Shown here one piece after another: positions 13,970 through 26,500 of a stretch of 64,000 bases of DNA. Source of the stretch: Isurus oxyrinchus (lineage: Eukaryota); contig JANJGN010000034.1 in assembly GCA_026770705.1 (NCBI GenBank), forward strand, positions 4,836,001-4,900,000, read 5' to 3'. A program made the position numbers and the translations under genes. Position 1 is the stretch's first letter. Each line of letters starts with the position of its first letter. Below the pieces are notes generated by a model. It had not been told where the DNA came from. It made no database searches and worked only from the letters and a program-made list of their open reading frames with translations.

Positions 13970-15400
13970 TGTGATCCAGGGTTAAGGCAACGGCGTGAGG
14001 AGCTTCAGCTCAGTATCAGGGAGCTGGATGCCAAGCTGCAGGGAATGGATTATGGCGCGGAAGAATTTCCTGGCCAATTTCCTCCAGGAAGCAGCCATGC
14101 AACTTTGGATAGTTTTATTTCCTAACTCAATCTGTCGCAAGGAAGAGGTTGCTGTAACTAAGAGTGAAGCTTGTTTAGATGTCAGAAAATAAAGGTTTGA
14201 GGGATCATCAGTCTTTGCAGCTCTCCTTCTGGGGCGAGGCTTTTGCAGTTGGCAACAACCGAATTGAAGGCTCCAATGTGGTTGAGAAAAACGTGCTGTT
14301 GCATAATTATTAACAAAACCATTTAGCGACTTGAGGGAATAGGAATAAAACAGTATTCCTGGGCAGTATCTTCAGGATGACATGGACGGATCTTTGCAGC
14401 TCAGAGTGAGACTACAGAGGCCCGTGTAGCCTGCCTTGTACCAGGATTCGGGGCATCTGTTACAGGCAGTGTAGCAGCATAGCATTTCAGGAGGAGGATG
14501 CAGTTTTCCTGGGTCACATGTGTAACAACGACTTTGATAGGACAAGACAGAGTTTCTGCTGGGGGCTATAAACAAGCTTGGGGCTAATGCGAAACATGAA
14601 AAAAAAACAAATAATATCCTCAAATGTAGTAATTCTCTGTATTATTGCTAGAAAATTGGAATTGAGAAATGTTTTTACAGAGAGATGAATGTGTAGCTTT
14701 AAGGCCATTATCGGAAGAGTTGGTTTGGAAAGTGATAGCTGTCCTACTGGGACGCTCATCATGGCCATCGCCTGAGCACTGCTTGCGAGTCATATATGTA
14801 GGATGAAAAATATGGCTTTACATTATGTAATGGGGCGGGGGTGGGTGGTGGTTCTAAGAAATGTAAAATATCAATGCCAAAAACAAGATAATAGAGAAAA
14901 ACTGCGATTTGCGTCAAAAAAATTAAAGTGTGTCAGAAAGGGCTGAGACTTCACACTCAAGGCAGCAGCGCAGGTAAGGCCAGAGATTGCAATAAAGATA
15001 ACAACACAGAGTTAACGGCTCTGAATTTCAGAAAAACCGTTAAGCCATCGCAGCAAATGAATGAGTTGTTTGCACAGGGATAAATAATAAATGTATCCTG
15101 TAACCAGTTACAGAAACAAGATTGTAGGGTGATCAAGACTGGGACATAAATATTGAAGGTAATAAGAACTTCTCTTTCAAAATAGGAAATTATCCAAAGC
15201 CCTGTTAACAAACGGCCTCATTAATGCAGTAATGGCAGCTGACGTTAACAGTAAGGAACAACATAGTAGAATCAGTTCGTGTAGAGGGAGAAATAGAAAA
15301 AGTAAGGTTTGGAGTAGATTATGAACCGGCTAAGAGTAGTTATACTGTCAGAGAAAGCATGCAGGGACGACTAAATGTGTCATTAAAGAAACATTTTTAT
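13970..15400 (+). mobile_element. Decayed CR1 5' region (ORF1-like)
   Basis: Purine-rich decayed sequence resembling the ORF1 region of the - strand CR1 at 28270-29330. Confidence 0.45.
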
Positions 15401-15990
15401 AATATTTTGATCCCAGCTGATGTTGCTACTGGGCATCTCATAGCAGGGTGGAACCTGGCTTAATAGGCAGTAACATTGTTTTGCTCATAAACATGGGTTA
15501 CTGCCGCCAATAAAGTCACAGAGGTCTGTGGAGGAAGTTCTAATAAATGCATATCTAATTTTTGAGCAGGAAAATATGAACTATATGGCACTCGATCACC
15601 CCAATTATACCTTTAGAGATATATGCATATTCAGAAGAATAACATAAGTTCGAAAATATATTTTATACTTTGATGTTCACAGTTAGTACTTAGTCCATTA
15701 GAAACAATAGCCGGCCTATGGGTGGGCACACCACACTGTGAATTCAAATGACAGATGCCAGCAGAAGCATATGCTATGGATATTTCATTGATTCCACGGC
15801 GGTGCGAATCACAATGCGAGCCAGTCAGTCTCAATCAAAATTCGTCATTCATATACGAGTTTCCACTATCCACTGTCGGGGAAGTCGCGTTGGAATCCTC
15901 TCTGAAAAGGCACTTTCCGTCAGAAGTCTTCAAAACGGACCCAGCTCCTAGCATTTAATCTCTCCCTCCAATGTTCTTTCCCCTGTACAG

Positions 15991-16032
15991 CCACCTGCAT
16001 TCAGCTTCGCATTCCATACACTCTCTCAGATG
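15991..16032 (+). CDS. Candidate 42-nt phase-1 exon (xTCIQLRIPYTLSD)
   Basis: ttctttcccctgtacAG acceptor and ATG/gtaagc donor; symmetric and open in phase 1. Confidence 0.45.
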
Positions 16033-16589
16033 GTAAGCAGTGCCAAAAGAGCGCCATTGTTTCAAAGACCCGTAGTAAAGGATCACCAAGTTTCACTGTC
16101 TCCCAGACTCTTCTGGTTCGTCGCAAGCTGGTGGTGCCCTAAGTATGTTCCCAAAAGCTCTCTCTCTCTACTTCATTCAGAGACATTTCTTCTGCTCCAG
16201 ACTTTCACACCCCTGAAAAGGATGTGCATAAGATTCCTAACCCTCTCCCATGTATTAATTTGCTTTGGAACCTATTTCTGTTTGTGGCAATGGGATTTCC
16301 TTGCTTTCTTGGGACCTGCTTCATGCAGTGCCGACCCTTGTACCCAGCTTCTTCCCGCACATTCTCTTCTGAGTCACGGGCTGGTCCTTTAGCTCTGTTT
16401 CATTTCAATATTCATTTGCCCTCCTGCTCAGACGCAGGGCTATGTTCAAATAAAAAAAAAGTAAAAATCGATACAGCACATAGGTATGCTCTGAGACCAC
16501 CTCCTGTCCGGAAGGATCAGAGAAGCCTCAAGTGTGTATGTGCAGCCATTTCCTGTTACGGGCATGCACATATGTAAACGTTCGCAAAT

Positions 16590-16760
16590 AGGAGCATCCA
16601 GCGCATACTCCGGGTCATGCGATTAGGCGGAATCCACTGAGGCCATTCGGTAATTGTATTCCCGACTCGACCGATGTGGGGTTGGGGGTATGGGGCGGGA
16701 GGGGCGAGCGACCTTCCTTTTCAGGAGGCAAGTTTGTTTTCTTCTTCTTTTGGGGTAAGT
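16590..16760 (+). promoter_or_regulatory. CpG/GC-box-rich patch followed by a strong donor (possible promoter/first exon, or a 30-nt exon 16725-16754)
   Basis: ggggcgggaggggcg Sp1-type boxes at about 16692-16706, local CpG enrichment, GGG/gtaagt donor at 16755. Confidence 0.3.
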
Positions 16761-17399
16761 AACAAAATACATAATCACAGGAAACTTTATCCTTTATGTA
16801 AATTGGGCAAGTCGGGGATTTGTGATTTCTGCCTTGAACATGCGTTATGTGATCTTTTGCAGTATAATTCATTGATTCATCATATAACTAGAGATCTTGA
16901 AGCCAACCAAAGAGCTTTTTATTTCCCTAGACCTGGTAATGACAGGTTGGCTGAATTAATCAATGCCCTCGCCGGAAGGGGTTTCGACATGACATCGAAC
17001 ATAACATAATTGTATTTAATATTCAGTTTTAAGGGGAGGAGCGTGAGGCTCAGTCTAGATCTTCGATCCAGAATAAAGGAAATCTTTTGAACAGAAATAA
17101 CAGTATGAAAGCAGGGCACACTCAGGTGAACTGTTAATTTAGATTGAGAGATGGGATAGTAGAGATGCAGTGGCAGGCTCTAAAATAGATAATGAACAAC
17201 TCTCAGAAAGTATTTTTCCAGCAAGATAGTAATAATCTTTGTAAACGATGCGTCATGTATGATATGAACCTGCAAAGATTGTGATCATTCGTAAGATGCA
17301 ACAGAGTTTTTGACCAAGACAATAATGACTAAAATGATGAAGAGGGAGCAAGTTGACAATGCGATAAATCTAATTAATTATATGAAGCAGATACTAAAC

Positions 17400-19120
17400 A
17401 TTTCAACAAACATTTAAAAATTAATGTTGAAACTGAGGTTCGTGATGGGCCTCTAGAGAGTGAAACTGGGAAATTATAAGGTGAATTAAGGCTCAGGTGG
17501 AGGGATTAGGTTCTATTTTGTGCCAGACTTTACTGTCGAAGAGTTTGACAAATTTCCATATATGTTTGAAAACCAATAGGTGAACAGGAGGGAAAAAATT
17601 AAAACAACCACAATTGGAAGGGAATAGTTCCTGGAATTCAATGGGAATTTATAGCTAACAGTAACAGATGTCCTGCAACCGAGGTTCTTAAAAGTAATGG
17701 CTGCAGCGAAGACAGGTGACTAGCTAAAAAATATTGAATCTGTAACGGTCCCAAATAACATAATCATTGTATTAATAAAAGAGGGCAAACAGGAATCAGG
17801 AAACTGCAGGCCAGTTTGCCCAATATCTCCAACTGGGAAATTGCCATTGTACAGGCGGTTATAGCTGGGAACCTACAAAAAACATATTGCGTTCAGGCAG
17901 ACGGAGCATGGGTTTGAGAATGGGAATTTGTCGAGTTTACTATCGAGTTTATTGAGGAAGTCACAAGCAATGGGTTTAAAGGGGAACCGGTAGAAGCAGT
18001 GACACGGACTTCAAAAGGCATAATATAAGGTGCCACGTTAGAGGTTACAATGCAAGCTTGGGTTGATAGGAAGAATCAGTAAGGCAGGATGCATTTTCAT
18101 TGTTTCGGTTTGGCAAGCTGTAACTTGTGGCGTGCGGGGACCTCATGTATTTACAATGTATATCAATGCCTTGGATGAATGAGCAGAAAGCATGCAGCTA
18201 AATGTGCCGATTACAACAAGCTAGGTAGGGAGGTAAGCTGTCAGGAAAAGGTGGAGAGCCTAAAAAGGTATACAGATCGTTTGTGCATGTGGTAGTACAT
18301 GCATATAATGTCCAAAATTTGAAAATGTGAAGTTCTCCATTTTGACAGGAAGAATATGAAGCCGCATATGACTTATATGGAAAGGGATTTCAGAACTCGA
18401 TGGTACAGAGAAATATTAATGTCGTGGTACTTGAATTCAGTTAAAAAAATAAACAGCTGGCTTGCAGGTAAAGCAAGTGATGAATATTGCAAATGGAATG
18501 TTGTCGGTTCCTCCAAGGAGGAGGGAATATATATGTCGAAACTTTTACTGGAGCTGAACAGGGCAAAGTTGCGGCCATATCTGCAACAATGTGTAGAAGA
18601 AACATTGATCAAGTTGAACCTGGACAATTAACAGTTAAAACAATGAAAGCTTTTCAGATTGAAACGGAAAAGTTTATGACAGGACGTGGTAGAGTAGACA
18701 CCGGGAAGATTATTCCACATGTTGCATTGCTTTTGGTTGGGTGTGTGTTTGTGGTTTGGGATTGGGGTGGAGAATGTAACTAGGAGACACGGTTGAAAAA
18801 TAAGGTACCTCTTTTTTTAAGGCGGAGATTAGCACATTCTTTTTCTCTTAGATGTCGTTGGTATGTGCACATTTGTTCCCAGAGATCAGTGACCGCTGGG
18901 TAATTGATTTTTACTAAAAGCAATTTCGGATAAATTCTTGATGGGAAAGGGAGTAAAGGGTGGTTGTGGGGCAGGTGGTGGCGCGGAGGAGCGGTTGTTG
19001 TTGCTGACTGGTACGCAGAGCGGAAAGTGGATTTGATACTGGAACGTTATCACTATCGAATGAGCAGGCTGAAAGAGCTGAGAAGCCTACTCCAGATTCC
19101 AAATTCTATGTCCTATGTAA
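17400..19120 (+). mobile_element. CR1 LINE ORF2 (RT) to 3' end, decayed
   Basis: ggaaactgcaggccagtttgc (GNCRPVC), gagcatgggtttgagaatggg (HGF motif), gacttcaaaaggcataatataaggtgccac; tail gagaagcctactccagattccaaattctatgtcctatgt. Confidence 0.85.
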
Positions 19121-19639
19121 ATCGTCAGAAGGTTTGGTTTAAGCCTGTTAATTGCTATAATATGTGCAAAAAGCGGTGAAAGAATCTCCCTATAAAGATT
19201 TGAAATGGCTCTTTATCGTTTGTATTGAAGGACGATTATTGGCCAGTGCCTATTGTACAGTTGCAGGAAAATTACGCATAAACATCCTACTTTTATTTTG
19301 AATTGGATGAATGAGCTGTACTTTGATATGCCATCGAAAATACCTGGCCATATAGCGCCTCGAATGCGTCAAAGAGTACCAGCTGCAGTCATGTGGTTGA
19401 TTTCAATCTTCTCTGAGTCAAGATAAGATGGCATCAATGCAGATTAGAGCAAAACATAATAAAGTATGAGTACACAACTGTTTATTATTTTTACTCAAGT
19501 GAGTACTATCAAGCGATGAGGAAACAGAGGAACAAATGTAGAAGAAAAACATAGGCAACCCGCATAAACTACAGATTTTTCTAATTATTGTCCACTCTGG
19601 TTATCCAAACAGAAACAGTGAGCGTAAACACGTGAAAGA

Positions 19640-20720
19640 AAAAAATGAGGTTATGTTGGGTGGTAGAGGCAGGGGATGGAGTTACTTTACTATGCTGAGG
19701 AAAATTTTCGAACGTAACAACTTTCAGCATCGACAACGACGGAAACAAAACGTATTTGAATCAAAGACTGATAGACAAGCCTGCAAAGTAGCAATTAATT
19801 AAGTTTTGATGGGAGCTTGTTTGGGTGCGATTGACTTTTAACATCTCACGAGGGAGAAATGCTAGGTCAATGCATGAACTCCATGGAAGACCGAAGAGAA
19901 TGCGACTACAGGGTGTAGAAAAAAACGTGTGTGAAGGATTTTGGTTTCAAAACACAAACGCGAATGAGATTTAATAAAAGAGTTTCAGAGGGGAATGGAA
20001 AGAAAGGCGTTTGATAGGCAGAGGTAGTGTGGAAAGAAAATGACAGCAAAAAGGAATTGCTCATGACATCACAACATCAGGATATGCATAATACAGTATT
20101 AGTAAAATTAGGACTTGGGTCATTTTACCCGGGAAGAACATGCTGTCGAAGGAATCAAGACTGAACTGTTAGTTGTGGCATTGGATAAGCGAAAATGTGG
20201 AGCTGTAGGGCACATAGCCAAAGTATCTCGATATCCGGAGCTGCCCTGCATCATTTTCAGAGATTGGAGAAGTGACGGACTTCAAGAAAATATGAGCAGA
20301 ATGTCGAGACACGTGATGAAGCAAGATTAATGTAATGGTGGATGAACGGACATTGGTGCAGGAAATACAAATGCCTGACGAAACAAAGGCTATAATTGGA
20401 AATGATTACAAGAGCACCGTAATGTGGAGCTATGTATGCCAAATCGATGGACGTGATGAGGCAGGTTAAGAAATACTTTAAAAATATACCGAATCTTAAA
20501 CATTATGAATAGAGTAATAGAGTACAAAAACAATGGCTATTTGTTGAACAGCTAGGAAATACTTATGCAACCAACCAAATGAACTGATGTGTCCAATTCT
20601 GAGCAAACCACATTATAAAGGATACAAAGGCATTAATGAGTTCATAAAAAAGTATTATTATAAATAATTCTTGGACAACAGCTCTTTGGTTAACTAGATA
20701 AATTTAGGAATCCAGAGGAA
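19640..20720 (+). mobile_element. Highly decayed CR1 ORF2 fragment
   Basis: aatagagtaatagagtacaaaaac...tgtgtccaattctgagcaaaccacattataaaggatacaaaggcatta resembles the CR1 IEYK..CVQFWSP..KD..AL region. Confidence 0.5.
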
Positions 20721-21764
20721 ATGTGATACAAATATTTTTAATGGGGAGCTGTGTGGTCAGAATGGAATGGCAGTAATTGAGCTCATGATACAATCTCAGA
20801 AAGCCAGATGACATGAAGAAAATAGTTCGGATTTAACATGGTCACCCTGAACCTATGGTACTCAATTTTAGGGTATGGAATGATATTTAATACATTTTTG
20901 GATGATATTAGTCAAAAGAGACACACAAGCGCAATGGTAACAGTTGATGATTTGGGACAGCTAGTTGGTTCCTTCTAAGAGCATGCCGTTACACAACAGG
21001 ATGATTACATTATCGAAGTTTCACCCTATAAATTCGCGTCCAAGAGCTATACTTCATTTGATATTTTTAAAAAAATCCAATTTCACTCAGGGGTTTATTT
21101 CATGTGTAACAGGTTGAACTAACAAAGACGTTTGGTATGATTGTTCCTGTTTTCCTGCCTGCTGTCAATCCATTAAGCAAGACCACCCAAAAACGATTAT
21201 TTTATCCTCATAACGTATATATTTTTCAGACATTGCACACATTTCTCGCTATTTTTCATATACTGCATTGTCCCAAAAGGGACATTGCGTACTTTATTGG
21301 AAGAAAACACATTTGAACAAATTGTAGCTCCATAAGGCACATAAGGATATATTCACCTCATTGACAGTGACTTCTCAAGAACTGCGCCCTTTAGTTTATC
21401 GCAGCTATGTTTAGAGATGCACATCAATTCTGAAAAAAATGGGGATTATGTTGCATTTGTCAAGGGGTCCTAGAACTGGGGTTGTACATTGAGCACCAAA
21501 CTGAATTGTTCAGCTTCATGAATCGTACTGCCTAGCAGCCTCTAAGGTGAACAGCAATGACATGATTCCTCGGTATCAAATTTGCTTCACTGAAGCGCTG
21601 GCTGGATGGTACAGTAACCTACAAATAATTTAATGGCCACATGGGCTACCAGGCCCCACAATATTTTCATTCCACCCTAACAAATCCCCAGCTGTGCTCC
21701 TACCAATTCCCTACTCCGGACAACCATGTGCATTTCACTTTGTAGAGCGTGTGGATAATCATAT

Positions 21765-22620
21765 ATGAACACACATATATGCCAATCAGGAGGAGGAGTG
21801 TTACAAATCGGCACTCCAACCTTTAGACCATTCAAAGATTTCATGACTGATCCTTTTGTAAATCAACTCCATATTCGTAACTACCACAAAAGAACTTTCA
21901 GCCCTCCCACCTGATTATCAATAATGCGTTTAAGTATTTCTTAACCTATCCAAATGTTGTGCCTTCACCGTTTTTTGATGAAGAGTTGCAAAGCTTCAAG
22001 ACTTCTGACTATGAGAGAGAAAAGGATCAATGCCTTGACCCTACCTTAATTTTGGGAAAACGTATATTTATAACCGTGAGCCTTAGATTTAGATTCTCCC
22101 TCAAGTAGAAACTTCCTTTCCACAGCCACAATCTCAGGAACCTTCAGGATCTTAGATGCTTTAGTCAAGTCGCCACTTACTCTTCTAAATCCCATCAGGT
22201 ACAAAGCTAGCTTTGCACGCTGTCTTCATAAGACAATCCTCCCATTCCAGGCATCAGTCCAGTAAACCTTCAATAAATGTCATCAACCACATTTATGTCC
22301 TTCTTTTCTAAAGAGATCACGACTGTACACAGTAAACCAGATGTGTCCTCACTAACACTCTGAATTACTGAAGTATGATATCTCTATTTTTGTAGTCAAA
22401 TGCGCTCGAAATAAAGGATACTGTTCTGCTAGCTTAACAGGTTGTTTGCTGCTCTTGCATGCTCACCTTTTATTATACATGTACTCGGACATGAAGACCA
22501 TTTGCAAATCAGAGCAATACATATCGTTCACGATTTAGATAATATATTTTTGCCTTCATGCAAATATGGCGAATTTACATTTTGCTACGTTGCCCAGATT
22601 TTCCCTATTCAATTAACCTT
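21765..22620 (-). mobile_element. CR1 LINE 3' fragment
   Basis: Reverse-complement tail (caggaggaggagtgttacaaatcggcactccaacc) plus ORF2 3' sequence similar to 8070-9230. Confidence 0.7.
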
Positions 22621-23456
22621 CATGGAATATTGAAAATCGTATATCAGCCAAATGTCATTGACTACTAGGCTGAGATTCCTTTCATTAACTTGGATATAAA
22701 CATATCAAAACTATTTATATCACAGGTGGGTGATCACCAGTTGCTAAGCTAACATGATAGTCAATAATGAAAACAAATTGCATAAATTTTAAGCCTCGGG
22801 AAAGTGTGTATTTTTATCTTATGTTTGGATCAGAGTGATTGCAACCTTGGACGACTACTGTTCTTCCTTGGAGTTCATCCTGCCACTCGCGGCATGTTAG
22901 AAAATTACATGTGAGGCACGTTGCAATCAGGTGGTTGGATAGTTTTAGCATACAGGAAAGCTGTGAAGTTATTTAACAATGGGAAAGGTTTGAAGCATTG
23001 AATGTCCTACTTTGGTTTATACATCCCATTATATTGAGGAGAAATGGAAAAATACGGTCCATCTTAAAAAATCGTCAAATATTCAAATAATTACTTTTAC
23101 AATTAAAGCATAATGACAGCCTTGAACATCACTGTATTACCCTACTAAATATTTATTGGAATTTTATCATCCAAATTAGCAGTTCATTCAAACATTCTCC
23201 ATTCTAAGTACAGTTTTGAGATGTTCAGGGGCGTTGAAAAGCGAAACCATTTAGTTAATTTATTGTGTGTATGGAAAGTGTAAGTCCTACAACAATACCT
23301 ATTGTACGTGCTTTCAAACGTAACAATCACATGTTAATAGAGCGTTGGCCATTATCCTGTTCATAATATCCTTTAAACATGACAAATTACTGTTAATTTA
23401 TTACCAACTTTTTTATATGGAGATAATGATTTTTTAAATCTTCTTTGTTTTTGCAG

Positions 23457-23567
23457 CTGTTATGTTAGCCATTGAGGTTGCAAGGAGGCCCAGTAGCGAA
23501 AGCACTGTAATTCCAGATCCCGACGAAAAAGAATGTAGAGGAACACGAATTGAAGGAGCTCTGAAAG
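23457..23567 (+). CDS. 111-nt phase-1 exon (xVMLAIEVARRPSSESTVIPDPDEKECRGTRIEGALK)
   Basis: ttctttgtttttgcAG acceptor and AAG/gtaaga donor; open frame overlapping ORF 23462-23770; ATG at 23462 could be a start codon. Confidence 0.75.
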
Positions 23568-26500
23568 GTAAGAGCATATTTTTTCCACCTCCTCACCATC
23601 ACTCTTTCAAACGCGGCGAATCACGTGTTGTGTTGTCTGAAAGTCGATGTTCAATCATCTTGCCCGTCAATTTTAACAATAAGGGGTTGACAATTAGCGT
23701 GTTTTGGATGCGTTCTTTTTTTTCCAAATCTGTAGTTTTTCTGACAAGGCGTGATGCATCATACTGCTGAGCCTCCATGCAGTCAATGATACCTATAAGC
23801 CCAACGATTGAAGAGCGAGTGCACATTTAATGTTCCAGTTGAAAGGTTCCTGCATGATTTTTCCAAGAACCTTATTTTTCTTCCGTTAAGTTAGTAGTAA
23901 TAATAAGCGCATACTCAAAATGAAAGTTGGATCATGCACACTTTTTTGGGACTCCTTTGTTTTCTTGTATGCTTGAAAGTCCAATGCGTTATTTTGGAGT
24001 CAACACATCAATGTGGAATCAATGTTGACATCATAGCTATATAATGTTCGTAGGAAATAATAATTCAATCAGGAAAGGATCAAGATGGTCGCAGGATTGC
24101 CTTAACAAAATAATGGCATTGGCAGCCTTTTGCTGGAATACGTTTCTGGAAGAGTATATTTTTTCCATTAACGTATATTAATTAAATTCAGAAGAGTGGC
24201 ACTGACCCCATTTCTCCACCAATAGTTCTAACATAGGAGAAAGGAAATGGTCCAGAAGGGGCTTATCAATGGAATCTGAAATTTGCATGTGAGTACATCT
24301 TCAAAGACTAGCATTTATTGTCCGTCTGAAGGCGAGGGTGAGACTCGTCTTTGCAGTGTTGCAATCTACCTGTTGTGGGAATACCTATAGTGAAGTTAGG
24401 GGAGATGTAGCAGGGTCATTACTCAGCGTAGGGAAGTAGGGCCTACAGTTTCACGTCAGAATGGTGTGTGATATATTTCAGTTGTTGGGCACCGGCATGA
24501 AACTGATGCATGGGTCCTTCAAGAGATAAGTGCATTTGCGTTCCAAGCTTGTTTTTGAAGGGCCGTTGGAAACTTGTACATGCGCATCCTGTGCAAGGGA
24601 ATAGGCTTCATGAAGTGGCACGACAGTGAGGCAGGGATTGAATCTTTGAAGTGGTGCATGCTGTTTGTCAGTTCCATTGACCTAGGTGGTTTGTAACACC
24701 CGGAGGCTTGTGAGATGAGCTATGTCCCAGCAAACGGGATCAATCTCTTGAGCGCCTCAGGTCAAGGTGGTGGATGTTGAAGAATATGCTTGGAATCAGG
24801 AGGTGTGTTGTTCACTGCAAAGTTTTCATTTTTTATTTTATCCAGGTTTTTCTAAAGCTTGTCGAAATAAGCTTATAACCAACAGCAATACTGATATCTT
24901 GATTATAGGTTGTAATGCCTTTGTACATGTACGAAATGTCAGAGGTATATGCTCAGATTTGCGTTTGTTGGAAATAGTCATTTTCTGGCAATTGTGTGGT
25001 TTGAACGTTCCTCGTTATACATCAAAATAGACAGAATGCTGTCCACGAATTGTTGCACGCTCGCCAGTACTGTTACCTTATTTCAGAATCATAGATTGGC
25101 TACTTTAAAGAAGGAGAAAAGACGGCCACGTAGGCCTATGCTCTTTCTCAGTATGGACACTACAACCGTCCCATCCGCTGCGTTGTTATAGAACAATAGA
25201 ACAACTGAAAAGTTTGAGCACAGAATGCGACTATATGGATCATCTTGTCCTTGCCAGCCCGAGGACACCCTGGTGCCCTTTTAAATCCCAACTTCCTGTA
25301 CTTGGCCCATAGCCCTGAAGCTAACAGCACTTAAGGTGCAGATCCAGCTACTTCTGAAAATAGTTTAGAGAAACAACTTGGGTAGCAAATTCCAAACACG
25401 CACTAACTCTGCCTAACAAATTTTCTTTTTCATTTCCTCCCTACACCTTCTGCCACTTATCCTGAATCTATGTACCCTGGTTCTAGAATTATCCAGCAAT
25501 GGAAACAATGTTATCCGGTCGACTCTATTTATTCCCTCAGAATTTTGCAATCCTCAATAAAATCATCTCTCAGCTTTCTTTGCTCTCAGAAAAATTACCC
25601 AAACCTATCCAAACTCTCGTCATAGCTAAACAGTGGTAACCATGGAATACATATTTTAAATCTCCTCTGCACTCTCCTCAGAGCTATTACGCTCTTCCTG
25701 TAATGTGGTGACAGGAACTGCACAAAATATTCCAGTTGTGGCTTCATAGAGTTTTATACAATTGCAATGTTCTATGCTTCCTCTTATATTCAATACCTCT
25801 GCCAATGAAGCAGACCTTTCAATATGCCATCTTTTCATACTTGTTTACTTGAACTGCTACCTTCATGGACTTGTGTACTTTTACGCCAAGATCTCACACT
25901 TCACCTACCCCTCCTAGAATATTTTTATTTATTCTTTAAACACTGTAACTGTGTGACCTCACTAAAGGGATGACCTCAAAATTCTCTATGGTAAGATCCA
26001 CATGCCAATTTAACGCCCACCTCACCAACTCATCTATATCGTTTTGGATATTATGGTTATCCTCTACATTAGCCACTACTCGTCCAATATTTCTGTCATC
26101 TGCAAATTTCCTAATCGTGCCCCATGTTCAGGCCCAAAGCGTTAATACATAACACAAGCAACAAGGCTCCCAACACCGATTCCTGTGGAACAACATCTTT
26201 CCATTCGCAAGTACATCAATTGACAATTACCCTTTGTTTCATGTTACAAAGCCAACGTCACATTCAGCTTTCCACTTTACCCTCAATCCCATGGGCTATT
26301 TCTTTCCTGAGCAATCAGCCATTTTGGACCTTGACAAATGCCTTGCTAAAATCCATGTACATAGCACCCACTGCATTGCCTTCGTCAACTTTTTGTGTCT
26401 CTTCCACAAATAATTCAAGCAAACTTGTGAGGCAGGACCTTCTTTTACCAAATCCATGCTGACCAGTTACAGCTATTCCATGCCTTTCCACATCGCAGTT

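Noticed and set aside
15700-16580. Cluster of 67-120-aa ORFs
   Set aside because: No recognisable domain in any frame; only the 42-nt exon is supported
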